This document shows, one piece after another, positions 39,801 to 52,944 of a DNA stretch of 64,000 bases. The stretch's first letter is position 1; the number at the start of each line of letters is the position of its first letter. The notes under the pieces are model-generated. The model did not search any database. It saw only the letters and a list, made by a program, of their open reading frames with translations, and was not told where the DNA came from. Origin of the DNA: Eledone cirrhosa. Lineage: Eukaryota. Position numbers and translations under genes: made by a program. The DNA lies in assembly GCA_964016885.1 (NCBI GenBank), contig OZ024742.1:76384001-76448000 (forward strand), written 5' to 3'.

Positions 39801-42800
39801 TTGGATGAAAATCCAAATGAAAATAATGAGATCGTAAATGATAAAGAAATGAAAGAAAATGAACTTGCCAACTTGAAGGATGAAATTATGATCGAATGGA
39901 TGAAAATGAAAGAATCTGACATGTGGCAACGAGACACCCTCCCTAAGATCCAGAACTCCAAACAGAACCAAAAGATAATACACAAGACTAACATAATTCT
40001 CAAAAACATTATCATCACAAACAAACTAAACGTTACTGATTTAAATCATCTCTATTATGTATCGGCTAAAGTCACCACTCACTTATGTGGAGTGAAGATG
40101 AAAAAACAAAGGAATTCCCACAAGAAATCTACTTGGCAAGAGAACATCAATCGCCAAATATACCTTCTCCGATCTGACATAGAAATGTTAACAAACTATA
40201 AAGTAGGTGAACATGTTAAACAAACTAAACTTAGAAAATTGAAAAAAAGTACAGTATAAAATCAACATATGACATAGACATGCTGATAGAAATAATCAAG
40301 CAAAAAGTGTCGGCCAAAGCTGCTCGTATAAGGCGCTTTGAAAAACGATCTAGATTCTATAAGGACAATAATATGTTTAAAAACAACCAAAGAAACTTCT
40401 ACAGAAAAATTGGTAAGTCAACAATAACTGCTAAATCAATACCACCCAAGGAGGAAGTGCAAGAATTCTGGGAAAAGATCTGGGCCGAAGAAAAATTTCA
40501 TAATATACATGCCCCATGGATAGACAGACAAATGAAAGATACAGCTCACCTTGAGGAACAAATATGGGAAAATATAACAGTTGAACAGTTGCGTTGGCTC
40601 TAAGAAATACCAGCAAATGGAAATCCCCAGTAAAAGACAAAATACAAAATGTTTGGATAAATGCCTTCACAGAGTCTCATTAGCTGTTAGCCCAACTTTA
40701 CAATGAAATAGTTGAGGAGCCAGAAAAGATACCATCATGGCTAGTTAAAGGCATTACATTCCTGCTTCCGAAGAATGATGAGACAAACAATCCCAAAAAT
40801 TACAGACCGATAACTTGCTTGACCACAATATATGAAATTTTAACATCAGTACTAGCTGAATACACATATGACCACCTGATAACAAATGACCTATTTCCCA
40901 TTGAGCAGAAAGGGTGTAAACGAGGCTCATATGGCTGTAAGTATCAGCTTCTGGTTAACAAAATGATACTGGAAGATTGTCATAATAAACACAAATATCT
41001 ATCAATTGCTTGGATAGATTATAAAAAAGCATTCGATAGTTTGCCACACAGTTGGATTGAAAAATGTTTAGAGATTTTCAAAATATCCCCCGTTGTCAGG
41101 AGGTTTTTGTCATTCAGTATGAAGACATGGAAAACGACACTCCTTTTGAATAGTGAAACAAAATCACTTGAAGCTGGAGAAGTTAATATTAATTGTGGAA
41201 TTTTTCAGGGTAACTCTTTATCACCGCTTTTATTCTGCATCGCACTTATACCATTAAGTAAAATGCTCAATGAAACAAAACATGGATATAAAGTCTATGA
41301 CAAAACCATTAATCATATGTTCTACAAGAATGACCTGAAACTATTCGCAAAAAATGATGAACAATTGCAAGGGCTATTATCCACTGTGAAGCAGTTCAGT
41401 GATGACATTAAAATGGAGTTTGGACTGGATAAATGCGCCAAAGCAACGTTCACCAGAGGAAAGCTGCTGAAGAGTTCAGACATTAATCTTGATCGGGGGA
41501 ACGTGATAAGAGAGCTTGATCAAGAACAAACTTACAAATATCTAGGTGTTTGTGAAGGAGACGGAATCAAGCACTCGACAATGAGGGAAAGGATAAGGAA
41601 GGAATGTTACCGCAGAGTCAGAGCAATCTTAAGAACGGAATTGAATGCAAGGAATAGGATCGATGCCATAAACACGCTTGCCATACCAGTAGTAACCTAC
41701 AGTTACAATGTCATCAACTGGTCAAGCACAGAGATCCGTAGGCTCGATACAAAAATCCGAAAATTCTTAACCATGCACAGAATGCATCACCCTAAGGCAG
41801 ACATAGATAGAATATATCTCCCTAGGAAAGAAGGAGGACGTGGGTTAATCCAGTTAGACATTGCGTTGAAAACTGCAACAATTGGATTATCCACATATCT
41901 AAGGGAATCACATGATTGGATGATCAAACTCGTTTTGAAACACGAAAGCACCAAAAGATCATATTCCATTACAAAAGATGCACAAAGATACAGTAATGGA
42001 CTACAAATTTCAGAAGTCCCATTTACTGCTGAAATGGAAAACACAGAAAAAGCAAAGCAGGTAAAAGTAACTGCAAAGAAAGAACTGCTACAGAAACTGG
42101 CTAAGAAATGGCAAGAAAAGCCTCTGTATGGAAAATACCCAGAGCGAGCTAACAATCCTGATGTTGACAAAACTTTAACCCATCAGTGGTTGGCATCCTC
42201 TGGACTGAAATCGGAGACTGAAGGACTGATTATATCCGCACAAGATCAGTGTCTGCCAACAAAAAATTACCAAGCCAACATAATAAAAAATGGGTGCAGC
42301 CCAATATGCCGTGTATGCAAAAAACAACCAGAGACCATTGACCATATAATTTCAATGTGCAGTCCTATAGCTCCAACCGAATACCTAAACAGGCATGACA
42401 GAGCTGCACAATACATTCATTGGATAATGTGTAAGCATTTTGACCTGCCCCATCAAAAGAATTGGTGGGAGCATCAACCACCTCCCATACTTGAAAAAGA
42501 TCACATCTCAATCTTGTGGAACTTTAGCATCCAAACAGACCGAAAAATAGATGCAAATAGACCTGATATAATATTGAAGGACTTTCAAAGGAGGGTATGC
42601 CTGCTAATTGATATGTCTGTTCCAATAGACAAGAATGTATCTATAAAAACATTTGAAAAATTGAGCAAGTATAAGGACCTGGAGATAGAAATTGGAAAAA
42701 TGTGGAAATTGAGAACTAAAACAATACCAGTGGTTGTAGGCGCTCTGGGAATGATACCTAAGGGGTCTAACGACTACTTATCGCAAATCCCAGGAAACCC

Positions 42801-43013
42801 GCGTATAGGAGAAATACAAAAGATAGTACTAATGGGAACTGCCCATATACTAAGGAAGATCCTGTCAATATAAGTACATCACAAGTCTAAACACTAAGGA
42901 TGCATGTGTGAATATGTGTGTTCTTTCTTGAACATGGCGGACCTTGTTGTCTCTTGAGGTCACTGGTTGTGACTTGGTGATAACTCGTATAAACATAAAG
43001 CAAGATAAATGCA
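39801..43013 (+). mobile_element. R4/Dong-like element, family B, copy 2 (5'-truncated; catalytic YMDD changed to YKND)
   Basis: ORF 40819-42873 is nearly identical to 28393-30225. (AAT)n flanks. Confidence 0.92.
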
Positions 43014-43028
43014 AATAATAATAATAAT

Positions 43029-44756
43029 GATTTCTTTATTAACCACAATGGTTTACATAAAGTAGACATTAAGGACAGTCAAAGACAATGCAGGACGGTA
43101 CAAATGGGCATTTCTCCGTGTAAAAAACAAAAACAGAGAATGTAACAAAAAATAACAATGAAAAATTCCCCAATAGGGGGGAGACTTCGGAGGGACATTT
43201 GTGGAGAAAGCCTAGTAAAAATCCACAATGATCCTGACCACCAAGGCAAGTGCCCTCTCCCAGTTTTCCACCTTTAATTTACAGATATATACTCAGAGTA
43301 GGCCCATTCACTCGGGACATTCTTGCTTCTCTCACCCATCTTTCAACAAAATGTTGGGAAGAGAGCAGTTCCCTCTCTACTCTGATTTTCCTTTTCAAAT
43401 GAAATTTGAAAAAGTCAATCAGAGCATCACCGAAGAGGTAAGTGCTCGTCTTCAGCCCTTTCAAACGTGTCCACCATACTATCTCTTTCGCCATGGCCAC
43501 CAGGCAGACAAAAACTGCCTGCCCTTCCCGGCTAAAGGAGGAGGGCGGGGCAATCCTCACGATGGACTCAGATGATAGCCGGATCGATTCCGACGAGGAC
43601 AGACGCGGCCAGCCAAGAAGGGGCCATTCCGGTGGGGGGGGGGGGGCAGTCAGTTTGACCCTCACAATCTTTGCCCGCAGTAGGAGGGCACCAACACCAT
43701 TTCCTCGCTCCTTAGGGTCACTACGGATTGGGCCTTTGCCTCCTGGGGTGTGGCAAAAAGTACGTCTACGGTGGCATATTTTTTGCCTCGGGTGATGTGC
43801 GTTTTCCGCTGCCACACAGACCCCAAGGCTTTTTGTATTTGGGCCTCTGTGGCTCTTTCCACCCTACGGGATTTTGTACTTACTGTACGGTACGTGACCG
43901 TACAGTGCTGTTGGGTTTCGAAAAATATTTCCGCTGCCTTGCAGATTGCTCGGTGTCCATTCTTTGTCACCATCTTCTTCGCTTCCTCTAATTCCTCATT
44001 TGTTATGAGGATTGTTTCCAAATTTTTCGCAATACCTGCAAATGAGATTGGTTTTTCTTTGCTGCTGTTGTTGTTGTTGTCGTCAGAGCTGCTGTTACTT
44101 TTGTTGTTGCTGCAGGTACTGCGACTACTGCCTTCGCCGCTGTTGCTGTGGTTGTTGTTGGTGTTGCTGCTGCTAATGCTGTTGTTGTTTATGCTGCTGG
44201 TGATGCTGTTGCGGCTGCTACTGTTGTTTTCATTGTCACTGTTGCTGTTGTTATTACGGCTGCTACTGCTATTATTCCTGACGTCAGACGAATGAAATGG
44301 GTTTTCGTATTTCCCGCACACCTGTTTCGTCGCTGTCGTCGTCGTCGTCGTGGAGAAACCTTGCACGCTTTCCACGAGACTTTTCTTTTCTTTCGTCGCT
44401 TGCGAAAGAGAAGGGAGGGAGAGAGACACATTTAAAGAAGGGAGGGAGAGAGACAATCTTCTCTCTGCTGTAGTGATGATTGAGGAAGAAGAAGACGGAA
44501 TGAGTGGGAGTGACCTATGCAAATTCTTTTTCGTAGCCATGTTGATTTTGTTGTTTAAAATAAATATTGGGTACAAAACCCCAATAAGCAGTTATTTAGC
44601 CCCGAAAGGCCAAATAACGGGCAGAAAGACCCCTCTCACGAGGAGGAGGGTGTTTTTGTCTACAAGTTGGTCTAAGTTTTAAACAATTTACAATTGTTAT
44701 AGCGTTCAAAATTTACAGTACCTTACAGAGCCGAGCCTCCGTCAACCATAGCATTC
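43029..44756 (-). mobile_element. Tx1/L1-like element, subfamily C, copy 1 (about 4.2 kb internal deletion)
   Basis: 5'UTR and ORF1 N-terminus joined at ~43585 to the ORF2 C-terminus and 3'UTR, by comparison with 44790-50696. Confidence 0.9.
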
Positions 44757-44791
<35 letters not shown>

Positions 44792-45039
44792 TTTCTTTAT
44801 TAACCACAAGGGTTTACATAAAGTAGACATTAAAGACAGTGCAGGACAATGCAGGACGGTGCAAATGGGCATTTCTGCGTGTAAAAAACAAAAACAGAGG
44901 ATGTAACAAAAAATAACAATGAAAAATTCCCCAATAGGGGGGAGAATTCGGAGGGACATTTGTGGAGAAAGCCCAGTAAAAAGCCACAATGACCCTGACC
45001 ACCAAGGCAAGTGCCCTCTCCCAGTTTTCCACCTTTAAT

Positions 45040-48000
45040 TTACAGATATATACTCAGAGTAGGCCCATTCACTCGGGCCATTCTTGCTTCTCTCACCCAT
45101 CTTTCAACAAAATGTTGGGAAGAGAGCAGTTCCCTCTCTACTCTGATTTTCCTTTTCAAATGAAATTTGAAAAAGTCAATCAGAGCATCACCGAAGAGGT
45201 AAGTGCTCGTCTTCAGCCCTTTCAAACGTGTCCACCATACTATCTCTTTCGCCATGGCCACCAGGCAGACAAAAACTGCCTGCCCTTCCCGGCTAAAGGA
45301 GGAGGGCGGGGCAATCCTCACGATGGACTCAGATGATAGCCGGATCCGTCCTAAACGCGACAGCAGGTTTTCGACATAAACCCACAAGTCAGCAATTTTC
45401 GGACACTGGACGAGTGCGTGTAGGACGGTTTCGTCGCCCTGCGCGCATCTCGGACATGCCCGGCTTACGGCACCTCCATGCCTGTAGAGTTTATCCCGAA
45501 CTGGCAAGGCTCCTCGGTGGCACTGCCAGGCCAGAGATTTCTGAAAGTTGTCCATAGGCCCTGGCCCGAAAGTTCTTCCGAAGAGATTGGCCTAGTTGAT
45601 TTTCGTCGACGCCTAGATTTTCCCCAAGTACGTCGTCGCTCTTCCCCTCCACTAATCCTCTATAGAACGCCGAGGTGGAGTTTCCACCGATCGCATTGCC
45701 CGATTGGTCGAGGGCTGTGAGCGCCTGAAGACATTATAGCCTCCAGGCGCTCCCTTTCGCGCTTCGCTTGACCCAGGACTGTAGCTCCGTCAAGGAAACG
45801 AGCTGGCGAAATACGTGTCTAGCAAACGGCGACCACACCTGATCACCGTCGTGGAAGAGGTGGAGATGTCGTATCCTGAGCGCGTGCCTGCGCATCATCA
45901 GCCACGGCATGCCCAGCCCTCCACGGTCAGGCGGTAGCAGATGACAGACGCGATATACGCGTTAGTCACCTCCGCTCGACCTTTCAGGGATAGCTTCCTC
46001 TCCGCCCATTTCTGGGTGAGAGAAGCCACCCTGCTCGTCACCTCGTCCCAGTTTTTGTCCGTCTGGAGGTCCGGACCGAACCGGACCCCTAGCAATTTAA
46101 CCGGTCCGTCCGTCCAGCGTCCGACGACGCTGTTGGACGGCATGGACCTGCCTCTCCAGGTGCCGAGCTGCAGGCCCACTGACTTTTCCTGGTTGATCAT
46201 TGCTCCTGTCACCGATTCGTATTCTCTTAGTGTAGTGCCGATCGCCTCGATGTGTTTGGCGTTCGACACCACTACGGTGACATCGTCCGCATATGCTGAC
46301 ACGGATCTTCCGGATCCTAGTTCGCGCGGGACTCCCCTCAACGTCTCCAATTTGTGCAGTAATGGTTCGAGAGTCAATACGTACAAGAGGGACGAGAGGG
46401 GACATCCTTGTCGGACCGAGCGCATGATGTTGAACGGTTCCGACAGGTGACCGTTCACTCTCACCACAGAGCAGATGTCGCTGTGCATGGCAGCGATCCA
46501 GCCTCTGAAGACGGGCCCAAAGCCAGCCGCCCTCAGGACTGCCGCTAAGTAACGGTGGTCGACCCTATCGAAAGCTTTCGACTGATCTAAATTGATCAAG
46601 GACCCACCCGTGCCAGGTTCCTTAGCTACCCTCTCTATGATGTATCGCATGAGGTGGAGGTTGTCGTGGATGGATCTGTCGGGAATGGCGCATGTCTGCG
46701 CCTCTCCCAACAGACCACCAACGACAAGCGCCAACCTCTTTGCTAGCACCTTGGCCAAAATCTTGAACTCTGTGTTTAGCAGAGTTATGGGCCGGAAATT
46801 ATCTATGTTATCCCCCTTGTTCGTATCCTTTCTCAGCAGTGCCACCGCTCCTCGGCTCACAGAACTGGGAATTCTCCCGTTCTGTTGCCAGTTGCAGTAG
46901 ACGTCCGCCAAGAGGCCTCCGAACAAGTCTGGCATCTGTACGTAAAGTTCATAGGGCAGACCATCCAAACCAGGCGATTTACCCCTTGTGCAGCCAGTCA
47001 TTGCCTCCCTTACTTCAGGGGCTGTTATCGGCTTTTCGCAACACTTCGCCTCAGTGGCCGAGAGCCGCGGCAGTCCGTCGAGGTAGACACTAAAGTCCAT
47101 CCCTCTACCCGGCCCACCGCTGCCCCCGAACAGCTGAGCGAAGTGTCGCTGAAAAGCTTCACACCTTTGCCCGGGATCGAGTAGCATGCGCCCGTCGTGG
47201 TCCACCAAAGACCGGATCGTGGCTTTGTTGCCACGACGCGCCTCCGCCACTCGGGCCCATTGAACGGCTTTCGTCCCCTCGTGTCTGAGAGCACGCACCC
47301 TTGCTCTGACAACGCAGCCTTCGTGCTTTGCATTGACGAATTGGTCAAGGGCCAATTTCGCCGCTAGCACGTCGGTCGCAATGCCGTTGCGAAGCGCCTC
47401 GTCTAATATTCTAACTAGTTCTCCCTCTGCTCTATTTTTCTCTATTGCTAAAGCCTTACTAAACCTAATCGATTCTATTCTAATCGCTCTTTTCAGAGCA
47501 AACCACCACTTGTTGTTGACGATGGCCCCAGTCAACGCCCGCTTAACTAGTTCGCTAATCCGGTCTCTGTAGGCCTTGCGCGCTGGTAAGGACGCGTTTA
47601 GCTTCCAGTAGCCGGGTCCTCGTCTATGAAGCCTATCTAAGTCAAGCACACAGATCACGAATTTGTGGTCCGTGTAGCTGACTATCTTGAATTGTGGACA
47701 GCCTATGCTAGACCTATCTATTTCCCTACAAAATACTCTATCTAGATATGATCTGGATGACCCTATGCGGTTTGTCCAAGTCCACATTGGCACATTCGGG
47801 AAATCCAATCGGTACCTGTCAGACAGTTCAAAACGCCTGAGCAGGTTGGTGAGGCTCTTGCACCCTCTACCCCTATCCGCTAATCCCACACAGTCCCAGC
47901 GTGCATCTAAGATCCCGTTCCAGTCGCCCACTAACACTAAAGAGCGGGACGTTCCAAGAAACGTCTCCAGACGCCGGAAGAAATCAGGCCGCCCTGCTCC

Positions 48001-48345
48001 TGTCGGGGCATAGACGGCCACTAGACTGAAAGCTTGCCCGTCTCCGCTGGTCACGTCCAGCACCACCAGCTTACCCTCTGGGTCCAGGAAGATGGCCCGT
48101 ATGGCGAGATCCAAACCTCTCCGAAAAAGCACAGCAACTCCTCCACCTGATTCAGGACGGCTGGGAGATGCGTACACATCGTAGACGCCGAAGATCGGTG
48201 TGAAGGCCCGTGCTTCGGAGATTCTGGTCTCGCTGATGGCCACTACATCTATGTTTAGTGACCTGAGGTCGTTGAGCAGGTGACCCTGCTTCCATGACGA
48301 CCCCAAGCCACGCGCATTTATGCTGCCTATTCTGAGTGAGGTCAT
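45040..48345 (-). pseudogene. ORF2 APE-RT; 815-aa open portion, then a ~115-bp deletion at ~45922
   Basis: Complete APE and RT motifs (YADD). Nearly identical to subfamily B ORF2. Confidence 0.92.
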
Positions 48346-48380
48346 GTTTAAAATAGAGTGGAAAAGATTGGAAAGACCAC

Positions 48381-50482
48381 TTACCGTACTTTTGGTAGAG
48401 GAGGGATGGTTTTTACATCCCTTTTCACTTGATCGTCTGGTGAAGGGACCGTTGAATCGTCCCTTCGGCTGGTCGTCGGCTCTTCTAAGAGAATGTCTGA
48501 ATATACTCTTCGATTGATGGTTCCTCCTAGGTCCCTGAAATCACCAACTGCGTTGGGGAATTTCGTTTTAATGTTTGTGTATTGTTTCTGTGCTCTTTTT
48601 AGCAGTCTTATGTTAGTTGGCGTTTTGATTGGTGCTGGTATTATGTAGTCCTGTTGTGAAATGTCTGTGTGTTCAATTATGTAAGTCATTAGTTTCTTGT
48701 TGTGTGTATTTATTGCCGTGGATTTGTTTTTCTGGGGGTGGGGTGTGGTTCTGCTATTTTCTTGTCGTTGTTTCTGGGTGTGTGTGTTTTGTTGTTGTGT
48801 TTGCGATGTTGGTGCTTGTGGTGGTGGTGTTGAAGGTGTTGTTGGCGGTGGGGTTGTCGCCGGTGGTGATGGTGGTGCTAGTGTGGGTGGTGATGGTGTT
48901 GGTGGTGTTGCTGCTGTGGGTCTCTTTGCAGTAGACTTTACACTTTTCTCATTTCTTTCCTCCCTTTTCAAAGGCGACGATGGGCTGCTTCTGCGTTTGT
49001 GCCTTCTTACGACCTTTTGTCATCCCTCTCCCACCTCACACTCCATGTCTGATTCTGTGAGGTCGGGGAGGGGTACCTGCTCCACTCTTTCACTTGTTGT
49101 TGTTGGTGATGTTTGCACTGGAGTCTCTGTTGCAGCTGCATTTGGTATTGCTGTTGTTGTTGTTAATATTTCTACTGCTGCTGCTGTTTTTGATTTCCGT
49201 GGAGTGGGTATGGGTGCCACGGACCTATCGTTCCTGGTTGCCGCTTGTCCTGTTGCTGGTAGCCGTGGAGCCGGATTCGGAAGGAGGGGGGTTTTCTCCT
49301 TTCTCAGGGTCTTCTCGTTGCAGAAGGCCCTGAGGTGAGTCTTCGATCCACAGCGAAAGCATTTCGAGCGTTTGCCCTCAACACTTATGGGCAGTTGAGT
49401 GCCGTTATCGAAGTCTATCACATCCGGGATAGCTTCGATGCACTCCTGGTTGGTTTGGATTAGCATCTCAATGGAGGTGCCGACCCAATCTTCTCTTACT
49501 TTTTTCTGTACTTGCAGTACAGTTGTTTTGTCCTCGATTCCGACGAGGACAGACGCGGCCAGCCAAGAAGTGGCCATTCCGGGGGGACGTGGGTCAGTTT
49601 GACCCTAACAATTTTTTGCCCGCAGTAGGAGGGCACCAATACCATTTCCTCGCTCCTTAGTGTCACTACTGATTGGGCCTTTGCCTCCTGGGGTGTGGCA
49701 AAAAGTACGTCTACGGTGGCATATTTCTTGCCTCGGGTGATGTGCGTTTTCCGCTGCCACACAGACCCCAAGGCTTTTTGTATCTGAGCCTCTGTGGCTC
49801 TTTCCACCCTACGGGATTTTGTACTTACTGTGCGGTACGTGACCGTACAGTGCTGTTGGGTTTCGAAAAATTTTTCCGCTGCCTTGCAGATTGCTCGGTG
49901 TCCATTCTTTGTCACCTACTTCTTCGCTTCCTCTAATTCCTCATTTGTTATGAGGATTGTTTCCAAGTTTTTCGCAATGCCTGCAAATGATATTGATTTT
50001 TCTTTGCTGCTATTGTTGTTGTTGTCGTCAGAGCTGCTGATACTTCTGTTGTTGCTGCAGTTACTACTACTACTGCCTCCGCCGCTGTTGATGTGGTTGT
50101 TGTTGGTGTTGCTGCTGCTAATGCTGTTGTTGTTTATGCTGCTGGTGATGCTGTTGCGGCTGCTACTGTTGTTTTCATTGTCACTGTTGCTGTTGTTATT
50201 ACGGCTGCTACTGCTCTTATTCCTGACGTCAGACGAATGAACTGGGTTTTCGTATTTCCCGCACACCTATTTCGTCGCTGTCGTCGTCGTCGTGGAGAAA
50301 CCTTGCACGCTTTGCACTAGACTTTTCTTTTCTTTCGTCACTTGCGAAAGAGAAGGGAGGAAGAGAGACACATTTAAAGAAGGGAGGGAGAGAGACAATC
50401 TTCTCTCTGCTGTAGTGATGATTGAGGAAGAAGAAGACGGAATGAGTGGGAGTGACGTATGACATTTCTTTTTCGTAGCCAT
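48381..50482 (-). pseudogene. ORF1 of subfamily C (Ser/Asn-rich N-terminus, CFRCGSKTHLRAFC knuckle), with premature stops and one frameshift
   Basis: Pieces 50267-50482, 49916-50266, 49496-49915, 49020-49577 and 48381-48971 are collinear with subfamily B ORF1. Confidence 0.8.
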
Positions 50483-50696
50483 GTTGTTTTTTGTTTAAAA
50501 TGAATATTGGGTATAAAACCCCAATAACTGGTTATTTAACCCCGAAGGGCCAAATAACGGACAGAAAGACCCCTCTCACGAGGAGGAGGGTGCCTTTATC
50601 AACAATTTGGTTCAAGTTTTAAACAATTTACAATTGTTTTAACGGTTAAAAATTACTATACCTTACAGAGCCGAGCCTCTGTCAACCATGGCATTC

Positions 50697-50778
50697 AATA
50701 ATAATAATAATAATAATAAGAAGAAGAAGAAGAAGAAGAAGAACAACAACAACAACAACAGCAACAACCACAACAACA
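50697..50778. repeat. Compound (AAT)n(AAG)n(AAC)n microsatellite, right edge of the array
   Basis: Seen directly. Confidence 0.95.
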
Positions 50779-51379
50779 CACCTTTATATCTAACATTGTT
50801 TTTGTAAACTAAGAATTGAGTTATCCATATGCTTGAAATCATAATCACAGTAAGTTTCTCGTATTATTTTGCAACTCTAAACACAACTATTGAGAGCATA
50901 TGTCTAAAGAATATAGCTCATAAATATCCTGGCTTGCATTACCAATGCAATGGCTCAGTAAACATATGAAAAATGCCTACAGCCATTTTGCTGGAAATAG
51001 ATATATAGATTTCCAAATGTGTGCCACATTCTAGCATTATTAGTGTTTTATTGTCGATAATGTGCCATCATCATTATCATCGCCACCATCACAAACAGCA
51101 ATATCTAGAGAATTAATGCCATGAGATCAACTAAGTATATCGGCTGTAAATGAAGGATTCAATGTCTTACAATTGTACGGTCTCAATTCAAATGAAACCG
51201 GGCATATCGTTAACAATAATTCCTGGAACACGTGCAAAATAGAACGAGTAATATATTCAATCATAATACAACATAACCTCCGAAACTATGCTGATATATG
51301 CCAAACTCAGAAGAAATAATTATTAAAAATAATACAATTATTTTGCCCCTAAAACATACAGATATATATCGTTATATCA

Positions 51380-51450
<71 letters not shown>

Positions 51451-51453
51451 TAT

Positions 51454-52190
51454 AAATGGAAAAGAATGAAACGACATTTCATTTCTCACTCTTAGTAAGG
51501 GTGATACTTAAATATAATATGTATACGTACATACATATATGTATACAGACGTACAGTAGTATTATATATGTACATACATGCAAACATATATATATGTACG
51601 TACGGGTTTACCAAACATTTATTCTCATGTTCTGTTTGTTTGTAAACAAACATCCCGAATTACGCCGTACAGTGTTCGGCAACCATCGTTGCCCTTTTGT
51701 TCAACACTGACAAAGGAACGATGAACTAATTTCAAGCTTATTAGCTATTGTCAGAATCGTATACCTTCCTGTCAGATGATTGAACGTTTGAAAGTATATA
51801 CTTTCCTTATGCATATTAACGGCTGAGCAGCCTAATTTGCATATCGTGTGAGTTAGTGGGCCGGGCATACCGAAAACGATAAATGGAAAAGAATGAAAGA
51901 AATTTCATTTCTCACTCTTAGTACGGCTGATACTTAAATATATGTATGTGTACGTACATACATATATGTATACAGACGTACAGTAGTATTTATATATATA
52001 CATACATGCACACATATATATATATATATATGTACGTATGGGTTTACCGAAGATTTATTATAATGTTCGGTTTGTTTGTAAACAAACAGCCCGGATTGCG
52101 CCGTACACTGTACATTGTTCAACACTGACAAAGGAACGATGACTTGTTTCAAGCTTATTAGCTATCGTCAGCATCGTATACCTTCCTAAT
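51454..52190 (-). repeat. ~420-430-bp tandem duplication (1.7 units) with a minimal hammerhead-like motif in each unit
   Basis: aaatggaaaagaatgaaa at 51454 and 51881. Minus strand at 52136-52177 reads ACGATG-CTGACGA-TAGCT-AATA-AGCTT-GAAAC-AA-GTC-ATCGT. Confidence 0.75.
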
Positions 52191-52328
52191 GTTCGGTTTG
52201 TTTGTACGGTGTAATTCGGGCTGTTTGTTAGAACGTAGAACAGGAAAACATGGAAAAACCTGTCTGTCAATATTCTCGGAGAGATGCCTATATCAGTAAA
52301 ATTATACGCATACGTATACATCTCTAAA

Positions 52329-52416
<88 letters not shown>

Positions 52417-52786
52417 TAGAGACGTATAGATACAGTGCATACTGAAGCGTTCAATGTATAGGTAGCAAATGCGCAGTAACTATATAAAGACATTTAAAAT
52501 ACACCTTAAAAAAAAATGTTTTTTCAAAATTACAAAAGCTCTCAAAAAACCCTTGAAATATATTTTACAGAACATAAAAAAAAAGACATTAAAAAATACC
52601 TTAAATAACAGAAATTTTAAGAAACGCTTAAAAGTGCTCTCAAAAAATTATTTCGAAAGTATTTGTAACAAATATACATACATATATATACACACACATT
52701 ACCCAGGAAAGCATCTATACTTCAAAGACATATATACTTGAAAAAATACATATGCATGCACATATATACACATGAAGGAACGGAAA

Positions 52787-52830
<44 letters not shown>

Positions 52831-52944
52831 CTACACAGGCATATGCAAATACATACACATTATATACATATATATACATATACATACATTTTAATATAAG
52901 GAACTGTTTCTTTGTTTTTATTCATTATTTTTATTCATTATTTT

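Larger units (their letters stand above)
44790..50696 (-). mobile_element. Tx1/L1-like element, subfamily C, copy 2 (near full length)
   Basis: 5'UTR, ORF1, ORF2 and 3'UTR between (AAT)n spacers. Confidence 0.92.

Noticed and set aside
20454-50240. Antisense ORFs overlapping the retrotransposons
   Set aside because: Shadows of the real ORFs on the opposite strand; they recur only because the elements are duplicated.
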